A stretch of 56,612 bases of DNA from Anaerolineales bacterium (GCA_045888315.1 JBGCVQ010000001.1:1-56612); one strand, 5' to 3'; counted from the stretch's first letter, positions 34,954-45,959 are shown. Notes: a model not told the origin generated them from the letters alone. Made by a program: numbers and translations.

Positions 34954-36549
34954 GTGGATAGCCTTCCTGAAGCCCCGGTTCCCCTGACAGCCAACCGCCA
35001 AATCGCCCGCGCTGCCGGCTTGGTAACAACGGCTTTTGTGCTCAGTAACATCACTGGCCTGATCCGCCAGATCCTGGTTGCCAATGCCTTTGGTACTTCA
35101 GCGTCCATGGAAGCCTTTAATGCCGCCAACCGGATCTCCGAAACGCTCTTCAACCTGGTTGCCGGCGGAGCATTGGGATCCGCTTTTATCCCGACCTTCA
35201 CCAGTCTGCTTGCCAAAGAAAAACGCGCAGAGGCCTGGAAGCTGGCCTCCTCGATATTCAATATCATCCTGATCGCCCTCTCCCTCCTGGCAGGGCTGGC
35301 GGCGATCTTTGCCCCCCAGGTGGTGCGCTACGTGATTGCGCCAGGATTTGCATCCGATCCAGCCAAGGAAGCCTTGACCATAGCGCTGACGCGGCTGATG
35401 CTGCCTTCAGCCGTGCTGTTTGGGATCAGCGGCCTGGTGATGGGAATCCTCAATTCCCATCAAAAATTCTTCATTCCAGCTCTAACACCAGCCATGTACC
35501 AGCTGGGAATGATCTTTGGCGTACTGGTGCTGTCGCCATCACTGGGTATATTCGGCCTGGCCTATGGCGTGCTGATCGGGGCTGCCTTCCATCTGATCCT
35601 CCAGCTGCCTTCCCTTTTCCGACAGGGAGCCCACTATACGGCTTCCCTGGGCCTTGAATCGCCTGATGTGAGGGAAGTCGCTCGCTTGATGGGACCCCGC
35701 CTGCTGGGCGTTGCTGTTGTCCAGCTGAATTTTTGGATCAACGTCCGCCTGGCATCCCAGCAGGCAGAAGGTAGCGTGACAGCCATCCAATTCGCCTTCG
35801 CGTTGATGCTCATGCCCCAGGCAGCCATCGCCCAATCGATCGCTACCGCAGCCCTGCCAACCTTTGCTGCCCAGGTTGCCAGGGATGAACTGGCAGAGAT
35901 GCGGGCCAGCCTGGCTGCCTCCCTGCGGGGCATCTTGCTGCTCTCGATACCAGCCAGCATTGGCTTGATGCTGCTGAACTATCCCATTGTCCAATTGATC
36001 TATCAACGGGGAGAGTTCACCGCATTTTCAACCAGATTAGTCGGGTGGGCACTGCTCTGGTACGCTGCCGGGCTGGTGGGCCATGCTATGGTGGAGATCC
36101 TGTCCAGGGCGTTTTATGCCCTGCACGATACCAAGACACCGGTCTTGATCGGGATCGCTGCCATGTCCTTGAATGCGGCTTTCAGTTATGGGTTTTCAGC
36201 CTTGTTCCGGGGACTGGGATGGCTGCCTCACGGGGGCTTGGCCCTGGCAAATTCCCTGGCAACCGCCCTGGAAATGGTCGGCCTGCTGTTGATCATGCGC
36301 AAACGCCTGGCGGGTATCGATGGCAGGACCATTCAGCCAGCTCTCCTGGCTGCCCTGGGTTCTGGCGCTGCGATGGCCGCCGCACTGCTAGCCTGGAAAG
36401 CAACCGCCAGCTCGCTGCCCAATTCCCTTTTGAGCCTGGGAGGTATCCTGGTTGGTATGCTGGTTTACGGAGCGGGGTTATGGGTCCTCAAGACCCGAGA
36501 ACTTAGGACACTGTTCAAGGCAGTGAGCTCCCGCCTGATCAAGAATTGA
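34954..36549 (+). CDS. murJ: Lipid II flippase MurJ (MviN family)
   Basis: N-terminus SNITGLIRQILVANAFG...AFNAANRI, about 14 TM segments, and a GTG start. Confidence 0.88.
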   Translation: MDSLPEAPVPLTANRQIARAAGLVTTAFVLSNITGLIRQILVANAFGTSASMEAFNAANRISETLFNLVAGGALGSAFIPTFTSLLAKEKRAEAWKLASSIFNIILIALSLLAGLAAIFAPQVVRYVIAPGFASDPAKEALTIALTRLMLPSAVLFGISGLVMGILNSHQKFFIPALTPAMYQLGMIFGVLVLSPSLGIFGLAYGVLIGAAFHLILQLPSLFRQGAHYTASLGLESPDVREVARLMGPRLLGVAVVQLNFWINVRLASQQAEGSVTAIQFAFALMLMPQAAIAQSIATAALPTFAAQVARDELAEMRASLAASLRGILLLSIPASIGLMLLNYPIVQLIYQRGEFTAFSTRLVGWALLWYAAGLVGHAMVEILSRAFYALHDTKTPVLIGIAAMSLNAAFSYGFSALFRGLGWLPHGGLALANSLATALEMVGLLLIMRKRLAGIDGRTIQPALLAALGSGAAMAAALLAWKATASSLPNSLLSLGGILVGMLVYGAGLWVLKTRELRTLFKAVSSRLIKN

Positions 36550-36561
36550 TGGATCCTGATC

Positions 36562-37596
36562 TCAAGGGCTGACCAGCACTTCCACACTGGAAAGGGACTG
36601 GATCCCGGAGAATTGTCCATCCCTGGCTATCACCTGGACCCTGATCCATGATGATGACCCCACCTGGAAGGGGATCTCCCCCTCAAACAGCCGGTAACCT
36701 TTCCCCAGATCCTCCTCAGGCACCTCAATCACAGCAGAACCCACTTTAGCCCCATCGCGATTGATGCACTCGACCAGCAGCTCTCCTCCCGGGGCGATGC
36801 GGGTCACGCCCTGGACGATGAGCACATCCCCCTGGATCAGGGTGCTGGGCACAGGCTGCTGGATGATCATGTCGGCATATAGATCCAGGATGGTCTTGAT
36901 CTCCTGTTCTCCTCCGGACAGCAGGACGATATCCGTTGTCGCTATCGAGGAGATCCTGCCATAGGGATCCACCGCGCTGATCTCCAGGCGGGCAGTCTCA
37001 GCCGCCTTGCTGATCTTGAAATCGAGATCCAGGAGCAGATGGGAATCACCTGTCTGGTCCGCGGACCTGGAAATCGTCTCCCGGTTGATCAGCCTCCCGT
37101 CATCGCCGTAGAGCGAGACCTGATAGATCAACTCCTCTTCCCGGTCATTGCGGGGCGGGACCAGATAAAGATGGAGGCTGAAGGGAGATAATACCCTGGA
37201 AAGCCGTCCCGGGCTGATGATCTGGATCTCCGCTTGCGGCAGGGGATCCGGGACAGAGATCGGCTCCGGCGTTCCGAGGACGATATCCAGGGTCGCTGTT
37301 GGTGGATCCAGAAGAATCTCCGGCGTAGCAGACGGCGTACTGGAGGGCTGGGGCGTATCACTAGCAGCCAGGGGATCGACTGTGTTCGTAGGCGGTAAGG
37401 TCACCTGGCCGCTGTCCACCAGCGCCTGGGCGGTTAGCTCTATCACCGTGGGCAGCTGGTCTTCTGGGATAAAGGTCGGCAGGGGGCCTCCTATCAAACC
37501 GGCACAGCCAGCGGTTAAGAAAACGCTGAAGAGGGTGCAAGCGAAGATGCTGCGGAGAGTCATACGGGGAAGATTCAAACGCATTGGTCCAAACAA
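36562..37596 (-). CDS. Hypothetical lipoprotein
   Basis: Lipobox FLTAGC, a Pro/Thr/Ser-rich linker, and a beta-rich C-terminal region. The start is uncertain (TTG 37596, ATG 37584 or ATG 37563). Confidence 0.55.
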   Translation of the reverse strand: MFGPMRLNLPRMTLRSIFACTLFSVFLTAGCAGLIGGPLPTFIPEDQLPTVIELTAQALVDSGQVTLPPTNTVDPLAASDTPQPSSTPSATPEILLDPPTATLDIVLGTPEPISVPDPLPQAEIQIISPGRLSRVLSPFSLHLYLVPPRNDREEELIYQVSLYGDDGRLINRETISRSADQTGDSHLLLDLDFKISKAAETARLEISAVDPYGRISSIATTDIVLLSGGEQEIKTILDLYADMIIQQPVPSTLIQGDVLIVQGVTRIAPGGELLVECINRDGAKVGSAVIEVPEEDLGKGYRLFEGEIPFQVGSSSWIRVQVIARDGQFSGIQSLSSVEVLVSP

Positions 37597-37600
37597 GAGG

Positions 37601-37966
37601 CTAGCTTTCGAACTCTTCGATCACTGAATAGAGCTGGTCCAGGGCAACCGGCTTTTCAAGGAACATTTTGGCTCCAGCATGCAGTACATCATCGACCTGG
37701 CTGCTTCCTTCCGGCATAGCAGAGAGGATGATCACCGGTGTCTTATTTGTCTTTTCATCCGCCTGGATCTTTATGAGCAGTTCGAATCCAGAGACACCCG
37801 GAATGTTGAGGTCCACAAATATCAGATCGTAATCCTTGCTCTTGATCAGATCCCAGCCTTCCAGGGCACTGGAGGCGATGTCCGCCTGGTGGTTGGCAAG
37901 AGAGACGGCTTTTACGTACATTGCCAAGGAATCAGTATCATCGTCCACAAATAGGATCTGTCCCAC
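37601..37966 (-). CDS. Stand-alone response-regulator receiver domain (CheY-like)
   Basis: ILFVDDD, the phospho-acceptor context LIFVDLNIPGVSG, and IILSA ... KP. Confidence 0.85.
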   Translation of the reverse strand: MGQILFVDDDTDSLAMYVKAVSLANHQADIASSALEGWDLIKSKDYDLIFVDLNIPGVSGFELLIKIQADEKTNKTPVIILSAMPEGSSQVDDVLHAGAKMFLEKPVALDQLYSVIEEFES

Positions 37967-38025
37967 TGCCCCTCACTTGTGTATCCCTACATTGCCTGCC
38001 AGAGCCATGATCTCCAGCATATATA

Positions 38026-39528
38026 TCAAAGCTTGTAGATCGCACCAAACTTCTCGTTGAGATATTCCAAATACGGCTCAGGCGAGATGCCCTTTCCCAC
38101 CACCCGTTTTACCAGGTCCTGGGGTTTGAACTTGGAACCATGCTGGTGGACATGCTCGCGCAGCCAGGCCAGCAATTCAGAGAAATTCCCTGCCTGGATC
38201 TGCTTGGAAAGACCTGGGATATCCTGGTTGATCTTCTCCCACAGCTGGTTGGCGACCAGATTCCCGAGGGAATAGGTGGGGAAATAACCCAAGATACCAC
38301 TGGACCAGTGGACATCCTGGAGGACACCATCGGCATCATCCGGCGGGACAACGCCCAAATAATCGTTCATCCGATCATTCCAGGCCGTGGGAAGATCAGC
38401 GACCTTGAGATCTCCTTCCATCAAGGCGATTTCCAGCTCAAGTCTGAGCATGATGTGCAGGTTGTAAGTGGCTTCATCTGCCTCAACCCGGATCAAGGAC
38501 GGCTCAACCTTGTTGATCCCTTTATAAAAGGTATCCAGATCGACATTGCCCAGCTGGGTGGGGAAGAGCTCCTGGAGCCGGGGGTAAAAATGGATCCAGA
38601 AATCATAGGACCGACCCAGCAAGTTCTCAAACATGCGCGATTGGGATTCGTGGACAGCCAGCGAGGCACCCTCTCCCAAGGGTGTACGATCCAAACGCTT
38701 GGCCACGCCCTGTTCATAAATCGCATGACCGGCTTCGTGCAAAGTGCCGAACAAAGCCGTGTTGAGGAAGTCCTCATCGACCCGGGTGGTGATCCTGACA
38801 TCTCCCAGGCCAAAATTCGTTGTGAAGGGGTGGGCGGCTTTGTCCTGGCGGCCGTGTTTCCAATCATAACCGTACTTGGTAATAGCCTCCTCCCCAAATT
38901 GCCACTGCACATCACCATCATAATGGAGATGCAGGAAGCTATCATCCACCTGGTCCTTTTCGGCGATTGCCTGCAGGAGTTCAACCTGTTTGGGTCGCAG
39001 CTCGGAAAAGATCTTCTGGACGGCGGCGGTCTTCATGCCCGGTTCGAAATCATCCAGCAGCGGATCATAGACATGATCGTAGGGTGCGAAGAAATCGGCA
39101 TACTGTCGCCTGAGATCAACGATCTTTTCCAGGTGGGGCTGGAAGTGGGGGAAATCATTATTGGCGCGAGCCTCTTCCCAGGCCCCGTGGGCCAGCACGG
39201 TTACCCGTGAAAATTCCTCAACATATTCACTGGGGACTTTGACTGCCCTCTGATATTCCCGGTCAGTGACCTCGACCAGGCAGGCATCATCGGAATCGCT
39301 ATCTAGTGTCTCGGCATATGGTTTGAGATCCTCCAGGAGAGATCCAACCTCATCTGAGACAAATTTGGAATGGGACAGGCTGCTCAGGGTGCCAATCTGA
39401 TAACCGCGGTTCTCCACGCCACCAGGAGGCATATAGGTCTGCTGATCCCAGCCCAGCAAGGCCGTGGCCCCATTGAGGTCAGCCACCACGCCCAAGATCC
39501 TTTTCAGTTGGTCCAATTTCTCTTGCAT
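38026..39528 (-). CDS. M32 carboxypeptidase (carboxypeptidase Taq family)
   Basis: HEAGHAIYE (HExxH), HESQSR, DVRITTR and IRVEADE motifs. Confidence 0.9.
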   Translation of the reverse strand: MQEKLDQLKRILGVVADLNGATALLGWDQQTYMPPGGVENRGYQIGTLSSLSHSKFVSDEVGSLLEDLKPYAETLDSDSDDACLVEVTDREYQRAVKVPSEYVEEFSRVTVLAHGAWEEARANNDFPHFQPHLEKIVDLRRQYADFFAPYDHVYDPLLDDFEPGMKTAAVQKIFSELRPKQVELLQAIAEKDQVDDSFLHLHYDGDVQWQFGEEAITKYGYDWKHGRQDKAAHPFTTNFGLGDVRITTRVDEDFLNTALFGTLHEAGHAIYEQGVAKRLDRTPLGEGASLAVHESQSRMFENLLGRSYDFWIHFYPRLQELFPTQLGNVDLDTFYKGINKVEPSLIRVEADEATYNLHIMLRLELEIALMEGDLKVADLPTAWNDRMNDYLGVVPPDDADGVLQDVHWSSGILGYFPTYSLGNLVANQLWEKINQDIPGLSKQIQAGNFSELLAWLREHVHQHGSKFKPQDLVKRVVGKGISPEPYLEYLNEKFGAIYKL

Positions 39529-39739
39529 TTTCTCTCTCCGATAACCAATTCTCTAGGTTGTCTTTGCCGGGATAAGATCTCCCTTTTCATACCAGACGGA
39601 CCACCGTCCAAGTCAAACTCGGTCTCCAAGCCTGCGAACGGCCTAAATCTTCTTCACCAACCATTATCATACCACGACTTATCTGGATGAGATTGGCGCG
39701 AAAACCAGTCAAGCCCAACTCTCCAGGCAAGCCGTACAT

Positions 39740-40084
39740 TCAATCCTGGTCAATCCCGCGGGTCTCCTGCAGGATCCAGTCCAGATAGTTCCTTTCTCCG
39801 CCTATGATCGGCAGGGCAATGATCTCGGGAAGCTGGTAGGGATGGAGTTCCTGGACCGCGGGGATGAGCTGGTCGGTCAGCAATTCCCGGCGGGTTTTGA
39901 TCAACAGCAAGACCTCTGGATCGCGCTGGATCTCACCTTCCCAGCGGTAAAGCGAGACCAATCCGGGAGAGATATTGACGCAAGCTGCCAGCTGTCCCTC
40001 CAGCAATCCTCTAGCGATCCGCTCACCGGTATCCAGATCCGGAGCCGTAACCAGGACCAGGATCGGCTGGCTGCTGTTCTCCAT
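39740..40084 (-). CDS. cutA: Divalent-cation tolerance protein CutA
   Basis: LAACVNISPGLVSLYRWEGEIQRDPEVLLLIKT. Confidence 0.88.
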   Translation of the reverse strand: MENSSQPILVLVTAPDLDTGERIARGLLEGQLAACVNISPGLVSLYRWEGEIQRDPEVLLLIKTRRELLTDQLIPAVQELHPYQLPEIIALPIIGGERNYLDWILQETRGIDQD

Positions 40085-40108
40085 CGTTCCTCCTCAACAA
40101 TTACAACG

Positions 40109-40687
40109 TTAGATTCCCATCCCTGAACCGGGCTGCTGCACCGCCCCGCCCCAGCGGCCGAAGGACACCAGATACAGCAGGAAATCAGCGGTATTCCCCA
40201 ATAGGTTGCCCATTCTGATCATCCGTAAAGCGATATCGATCGCGCGTGCAGTCCCTTCTCCGTATACTTCCCGGATCTGATCCTTGATTTCCGGATCCGG
40301 GTCAGCGTTCGTTTCTGCCCAGTGCTGAGCGTAGCATACAGCCAGCTTCTGATCCTCCGGGGTATCCTCAGGGACCAGCCCCTGCAGATATTGAGTGATC
40401 TCCTCCGTGGAGACGCCGGCTTGCCTGGCCTGACCGACATGGAAGGTGCGGCAGTAGCGGCAGCCGTTGACTTCGGTGACTGCCAGCATCAGCCGTTCCC
40501 GGAAATCTGGCGGCAGGGTATCTGAACCCATAGCTTCTCTGATCTGGGCCCTGCGGGAAAGCAAGTACTTGAGGTCCTTCCAAAATGGTCTCAAGCCGGA
40601 ATAATACCGGCGCTTAAAGCCCTTCTTTAAACTGCGTTCATGTCCATCCGACCTGGGTTGGCGTTTATCCTCGCTCATAGTTGGCAC
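40109..40687 (-). CDS. Carboxymuconolactone decarboxylase / AhpD-like family protein
   Basis: VTEVNGCRYCRTFH has the AhpD-type CxxC..H motif. Confidence 0.75.
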   Translation of the reverse strand: MPTMSEDKRQPRSDGHERSLKKGFKRRYYSGLRPFWKDLKYLLSRRAQIREAMGSDTLPPDFRERLMLAVTEVNGCRYCRTFHVGQARQAGVSTEEITQYLQGLVPEDTPEDQKLAVCYAQHWAETNADPDPEIKDQIREVYGEGTARAIDIALRMIRMGNLLGNTADFLLYLVSFGRWGGAVQQPGSGMGI

Positions 40688-40955
40688 CTATCCTGCAAAC
40701 TTGGTCTTTCGGTCTTCCATAATATTATCAGCAACCTGGAAGGATGAGCAATCCTTCTCTGAAGGAATATCCCTGTGGATTAGAAGTAGTGGACTGGGCT
40801 TTCTTTCGCGTGAGTGTTCGGGTAAGCTGCCGCATCCCTCCAATCAACACATGACAAGTTACATGAAAAAAGGTGACGAACAAACAGCTTATCTGGATAT
40901 AATTGAATATGTGCCGTCAGGCACTTTAATTTATGCACGTCTCAGGAGTGAAGAT

Positions 40956-41798
40956 ATGTTCAAGATAACCAAGAAGAAGGTCCTAGCTCCTAAAATAACC
41001 CGGTTCAGCGTGGAAGCGCCTGAGGTGGCCCGCTCCAGAAAGCCCGGCCAGTTCGTGGTAATCCGGGCGGAGGAGACCAGTGAACGCGTCCCGCTGACGA
41101 TCGTTGATTCCGACCCGGATAAGGGAACGATTGACCTGATCATCCAGGATGCCGGGTACAGCACCCACTGCATCAGCTGTTTGGAAGTGGGAGATAGTTT
41201 GCAGGATGTGTTGGGACCGCTTGGTCAACCAACCCATATGGAGAAATTTGGCACGGTTGTATGTGTTGGCGGCGGGGTTGGCACCGCTGTTCTCTTCCCC
41301 ATCGCCAAGGGGCTGAAAGAGGCCGGCAACTACGTGATCACCATCAACGGTGCCCGCAACAAGGAGCTGGTAATCCTGGAAGATGAGCTGAGACAGGTCA
41401 GCGATGAGCTGATCATCACCACAGATGATGGCAGCTATGGGATCAAGGGCTTCGGCACCACAGTACTGCAGAAGCTGATCGATGAGGGCAGGAAGATCGA
41501 TTTTGTGGTAGCCATCGGTCCGACCATCATGATGAAAATGGTTGCAGAAGTGACCCGCCCCTACAAGATCCCTACCATCGCCAGCCTGAACGCGATGATG
41601 ATCGACGGAACGGGCATGTGCGGCGGCTGCCGGGTCACCGTGGGTGATGAGGTCAAGTTCGCCTGCGTTGACGGACCAGAATTCGATGCCCACCTGGTGG
41701 ATTTTGATGAACAGATCGCCAAGCACCATTACTACGATCATGAGCAAGCCTGCCAGATGGAAAAGATTATCGCCGAAGCAGAACAGGAGAGATCATAA
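40956..41798 (+). CDS. NfnA/SudB-like FAD and [2Fe-2S] subunit of ferredoxin:NADP oxidoreductase (sulfide dehydrogenase beta-like)
   Basis: PGQFVVIR, RVPLTI, and the C-terminal cluster CGGCRV...FACVDGPEF. ATG 40956 is preceded by CAGGAG. The upstream 85 aa of the track ORF look non-coding. Confidence 0.8.
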   Translation: MFKITKKKVLAPKITRFSVEAPEVARSRKPGQFVVIRAEETSERVPLTIVDSDPDKGTIDLIIQDAGYSTHCISCLEVGDSLQDVLGPLGQPTHMEKFGTVVCVGGGVGTAVLFPIAKGLKEAGNYVITINGARNKELVILEDELRQVSDELIITTDDGSYGIKGFGTTVLQKLIDEGRKIDFVVAIGPTIMMKMVAEVTRPYKIPTIASLNAMMIDGTGMCGGCRVTVGDEVKFACVDGPEFDAHLVDFDEQIAKHHYYDHEQACQMEKIIAEAEQERS

Positions 41799-43228
41799 TG
41801 GCCGAAGAAAAACGCTCCCGGCCCCCCCGCCAGAAGAAGGAACGCATTCCCCGCCAGGAAATGCCCGTACGCCCGCCGGAAGAGCGTATTCAAGATTTCA
41901 ACGAAGTGGCTCTGGGTTTCACAGAAGAACTGGCCCTGACCGAGGCGAAACGCTGCCTGCAGTGCCCCAAACACCCCTGCATGGAAGGCTGCCCGGTCTC
42001 AGTGGATATCCCGGGCTTCATCCACCTCATCACCGAGGGAGACTATATCGGAGCCGCCCAGAAGATCAAGGAAACCAACCTGCTGCCAGCTGTCTGCGGG
42101 CGGGTTTGTCCCCAGGAAGAGCAGTGCGAGCAGGTCTGTGTGGTGGGCAAGATCGACCAGCCGGTTGCCATTGGACGATTGGAGCGTTTCGTGGCTGATT
42201 ACGAGCGGGAAAAAGGCGCTGTGGGAATCCCGCAGATCGCCCCTGCTACCGGGAAAAAGGTAGCGGTGGTGGGCTCTGGACCAGCCGGCATCACCGTGGC
42301 TTATGAGCTGCTCCAAGCGGGACACGAAGTGACCATCTATGAAGCTCTTCATAAGTTGGGCGGGGTGCTGGTCTACGGCATCCCGGAATTCCGTCTGCCC
42401 AAAGCCATCGTGGCAGCGGAAATCGACACCATCAAGCACATGGGAGCGGAAATCAAGCTCGATATGCTGATCGGCAAGACCAGGACGATCGACCAGCTGA
42501 TGGAAGAGGACGGTTTTGATGCCGTCTTCATCGGCACGGGGGCGGGACTGCCTATGTTCCTCAACCTGCCCGGTGAGAACTTGAACGGGATCAGTTCCGC
42601 GAACGAGTTCCTCACCCGCGTCAATCTCATGAAAGCCTATCGAGATGACTACGACACCCCGGTTAAGGTCGGAAAGAAAGTGTCAGTGATCGGCGCTGGC
42701 AACGTGGCCATGGATGCTGCCCGGTCCGCAAAACGGGTAGGAGGCGAGGACACCGAGGTATCGATCGTCTACCGCCGGGCCCGGGACCAAATGCCCGCTC
42801 GAGCGGAAGAGATCCACCATGCGGAAGAAGAAGGTATCATCTTCAATCTGCTTAACAACCCCATTCGTTTCATCGGAGATGACAAGCATAACGTGATCCA
42901 GATGGAGTGCATTAAAATGGAGCTGGGAGAACCGGATGACTCCGGCAGAAGGCGCCCGGTAGCTATCAAGGGCTCCGAACATATCATCGACACCGATACC
43001 GTGATCGTCGCCCTGGGCACCACACCCCGGAAATTCATTGCCCAAACCACCCCGGACCTGAAAACCAGCAAATGGGGTACATTCCTGGTCGATGAAGAGA
43101 CCGGGGAGACCACGAAAAAAGGCGTCTTTGCCGGCGGTGATATCGTCACCGGGTCCGCCACGGTCATCAAAGCCATGGGGGCTGGCAGGGTCGCTGCTAA
43201 ATCGATCAAAGAATACCTGGCAGGCTGA
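41798..43228 (+). CDS. NfnB/GltD-like subunit (glutamate synthase small-chain family, 2x[4Fe-4S] + FAD/NADPH)
   Basis: RCLQCPKHPCMEGCPV, CGRVCPQE and VAVVGSGPAGI. The start overlaps the nfnA stop. Confidence 0.85.
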   Translation: MAEEKRSRPPRQKKERIPRQEMPVRPPEERIQDFNEVALGFTEELALTEAKRCLQCPKHPCMEGCPVSVDIPGFIHLITEGDYIGAAQKIKETNLLPAVCGRVCPQEEQCEQVCVVGKIDQPVAIGRLERFVADYEREKGAVGIPQIAPATGKKVAVVGSGPAGITVAYELLQAGHEVTIYEALHKLGGVLVYGIPEFRLPKAIVAAEIDTIKHMGAEIKLDMLIGKTRTIDQLMEEDGFDAVFIGTGAGLPMFLNLPGENLNGISSANEFLTRVNLMKAYRDDYDTPVKVGKKVSVIGAGNVAMDAARSAKRVGGEDTEVSIVYRRARDQMPARAEEIHHAEEEGIIFNLLNNPIRFIGDDKHNVIQMECIKMELGEPDDSGRRRPVAIKGSEHIIDTDTVIVALGTTPRKFIAQTTPDLKTSKWGTFLVDEETGETTKKGVFAGGDIVTGSATVIKAMGAGRVAAKSIKEYLAG

Positions 43229-43251
43229 AAACCAAGCCTAAACACACTCAA

Positions 43252-43279
43252 AAACCCCGGGAAACCCGGGGTTTTTTTT
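43252..43279 (+). terminator. Rho-independent terminator of the nfnAB operon
   Basis: AAACCCCGGG-AAA-CCCGGGGTTT followed by a T run. Confidence 0.85.
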
Positions 43280-43333
43280 ATCTCTCCTGGAAGGCTTTTA
43301 GAGGCCCCGCAGAGGCTATTTAAGGGCCTGGAG

Positions 43334-43342
43334 TGGTATAAT
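43334..43342 (+). promoter_or_regulatory. Candidate extended -10 promoter element of gyrA
   Basis: TGgTATAAT lies 75 nt upstream of the gyrA ATG. A 7-bp hairpin (GTGTGCT...AGCACAC) follows in the leader. Confidence 0.4.
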
Positions 43343-43416
43343 ATAGAGATGTGTGCTTCCCTCAAAGCAGCACACTCTTTCATTAATATGTCTCAAATTA
43401 CCTGAAAGGTTATTTT

Positions 43417-45900
43417 ATGGATATTGGAGCCGTACAACCGATCAATATTGACCAGGAAATGCGCTCTTCCTACCTCGATTATGCCATGAGTGTGATCGTT
43501 GCCAGGGCGCTTCCTGACGCCAGGGATGGGCTGAAGCCAGTACACCGGAGAATACTCTACGGCATGTATGATATGGGCATTCGCTCCAACAGTTCCTATA
43601 AAAAATCAGCCCGGATCGTCGGTGAAGTGCTCGGTAAATACCATCCCCACGGCGACAGCGCTGTCTATGACGCCATGGTCCGCATGGCCCAGCCTTTTTC
43701 GATGCGCTACCCCATGGTGGATGGCCAGGGCAACTTCGGATCCATTGATGGTGATGAGCCCGCTGCCATGCGCTACACCGAGGCACGCATGGACTCCATC
43801 TCCGAGGAGATGCTGGCGGATATCGATAAGGACACGGTTGACTTTGTCGATAACTTCGACGGCTCCCTCAAGGAACCGGATGCGCTCCCTGCTCGCCTTC
43901 CCAATCTGCTGCTGAATGGAGCATCTGGTATCGCTGTCGGAATGGCGACCAACATACCCCCTCACAACCTGACCGAATTGGCGGCGGGGATCAATTACCT
44001 GATCGACAACTTCGATGACATCGATCAAGTCACCCTGGAGGACCTGATCAAGCTGATTCCCGGCCCAGATTTTCCCACGGGTGGAATCATCATCGGTGAT
44101 GAAGGCATTCGCCAGGCATATGTCACGGGCAGGGGCCGGATCATCCTGCGGGGAAGAGCTCATATCGAAGAGATGGATCAGAGCGGCCGCTACCGGATCG
44201 TGATCACAGAGATTCCCTACCAGCTGAAGAAGACCACCCTGATCGAGCGGATTGCGAACCTGGTCAGGGATGAAAAGATCAAGGAAATCTCGGACCTGCG
44301 CGATGAATCCGACCGCAATGGGATGAGCATCATCATTGAGCTCAAGCGCATCGCCCAACCCCGCAAAGTGCTCTTCCAGCTCTATAAATACTCGGCTCTG
44401 CAGACTACCTTCGGGGTGCAGATGCTGGCGCTGATCAACGATGAGCCGGTCCTGCTCTCTCTCAAGCAAGCGCTGAAACTTTACATCGACCACCGTCTGG
44501 ACATCATCCGGCGCCGGACCCAATTTGAGCTCAACAAAGCGAAAGCCCGAGCCCATATCCTGGACGGTCTGCTGATCGCACTCGCCAACCTGGACGATGT
44601 CATTGAAACCATCCGCAATTCTGCGGATACAGAATCTGCCCGAATAACCTTGATGGAACGCTTCGAGCTATCGGAGATCCAGGCGCAGGCAATCCTCGAT
44701 ATGCAGCTCAAGCGCCTGGCTGCCCTCGAACGCCAGAAGATCGAGGACGAACACAAAGATCTTGTCAAGCTCATCAAGAAATTGAACGCCCTTCTCAAGA
44801 GCCAAAAAAAGCAGCTGGGGTTGATCAAGGATGACCTCGCTCAACTAGTGGAAAAATACGGGGATAAGCGGCGCACGGATATCGCCCCTGACGCAACAGA
44901 AGAGATCGATGAGGAAGACCTGGTATCCGATCAACCGATCTTGATCAGCCTCACCGAACGGGGTTACATCAAGCGGGTGATGGCCCTGACCTACCGCTCC
45001 CAGAAGCGGGGCGGCATCGGGGTTAAAGGTCACAGCACCCGGGACGAGGACGAGGTCATGGCCTTGATACCCGCCCGGACCCTGGACACGATCCTGTTCT
45101 TCTCAGACCGCGGCAAGGTCTACTCTGACAAAGCCTATCGGATACCCGAGGCAGGCCGTACCAGCCGGGGACTTCCCATCGTCAACGTGCTTAACATTGA
45201 TCCCCAGGAAAAGATCACCGCTATCCTGCCAGTGTCCGATTTCAAAGAGGCTAAATACTGCACAATGGCCACCAAGAATGGGCTGATCAAAAGGGTTGAC
45301 CTGAGAGAGTTCGAATCCGTTCGCCCTTCCGGCTTGATCGCCATCAACCTCAAAGACGATGACAGCCTGGGGTGGGTCCAGCTCAGCAGCGGAAAGAACG
45401 ATGTTGTCCTGGTCACCCGGAATGGTTATGCTCTGCGGTTCTCAGAGAAGGAAGTCCGGCCGATGAACCGTCCGGCGATGGGTGTGATCGGTATCCGACT
45501 CCGGGAAAAGGACCAGGTTGTGGGAATGGATATCGTCGAAAAGAATGGCGACCTGCTGGTCATTACTGAAAAAGGCTATGGAAAACGGACCGAACTGAAA
45601 GCCTACCCCAGCCGCAGTCGAGCGACCATGGGTGTTCTCACCATCGATAAGAAATCCCTTAAGAAGATCGGCCACATCGCCGCTGCCAGGGTCATCCAGC
45701 CTAAAAAGGATCAGATCACGGTCATTTCTGCTGAAGGCACCGTGATGCGAACCCGGGCGGAAGCCATATCCCAGTATAATCGGGTCGCCCAGGGAGTCAT
45801 GGTGATGCAAATGCGGGAAGACGATGAAGTGGTCTCGATCGCCCGCTTCGCTGACCAGGAGCTGGAGATCGATCTGGACCACCAACCCCAAGATAATTAA
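43417..45900 (+). CDS. gyrA: DNA gyrase subunit A
   Basis: [35 protein letters not shown] (active-site Tyr), and a C-terminal beta-pinwheel region. Confidence 0.97.
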   Translation: MDIGAVQPINIDQEMRSSYLDYAMSVIVARALPDARDGLKPVHRRILYGMYDMGIRSNSSYKKSARIVGEVLGKYHPHGDSAVYDAMVRMAQPFSMRYPMVDGQGNFGSIDGDEPAAMRYTEARMDSISEEMLADIDKDTVDFVDNFDGSLKEPDALPARLPNLLLNGASGIAVGMATNIPPHNLTELAAGINYLIDNFDDIDQVTLEDLIKLIPGPDFPTGGIIIGDEGIRQAYVTGRGRIILRGRAHIEEMDQSGRYRIVITEIPYQLKKTTLIERIANLVRDEKIKEISDLRDESDRNGMSIIIELKRIAQPRKVLFQLYKYSALQTTFGVQMLALINDEPVLLSLKQALKLYIDHRLDIIRRRTQFELNKAKARAHILDGLLIALANLDDVIETIRNSADTESARITLMERFELSEIQAQAILDMQLKRLAALERQKIEDEHKDLVKLIKKLNALLKSQKKQLGLIKDDLAQLVEKYGDKRRTDIAPDATEEIDEEDLVSDQPILISLTERGYIKRVMALTYRSQKRGGIGVKGHSTRDEDEVMALIPARTLDTILFFSDRGKVYSDKAYRIPEAGRTSRGLPIVNVLNIDPQEKITAILPVSDFKEAKYCTMATKNGLIKRVDLREFESVRPSGLIAINLKDDDSLGWVQLSSGKNDVVLVTRNGYALRFSEKEVRPMNRPAMGVIGIRLREKDQVVGMDIVEKNGDLLVITEKGYGKRTELKAYPSRSRATMGVLTIDKKSLKKIGHIAAARVIQPKKDQITVISAEGTVMRTRAEAISQYNRVAQGVMVMQMREDDEVVSIARFADQELEIDLDHQPQDN

Positions 45901-45905
45901 GACAG

Positions 45906-45939
45906 TAAACGGTTTCCCGAGAATCCGGGAAACCGTTTA
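45906..45939. terminator. Strong hairpin after gyrA (14-bp stem)
   Basis: TAAACGGTTTCCCG-AGAATC-CGGGAAACCGTTTA followed by TTATT. Confidence 0.65.
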
Positions 45940-45959
45940 TTATTAGGCTAGTGCCCGGG

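Noticed and set aside
38140-39210. A 356-aa ORF antisense to the M32 carboxypeptidase gene.
   Set aside because: The minus-strand product carries the HExxH, HESQSR and DxRxT motifs. The antisense ORF has no features.
43606-44556. A 316-aa ORF antisense to gyrA.
   Set aside because: gyrA is unambiguous, so the antisense ORF is a compositional artefact.
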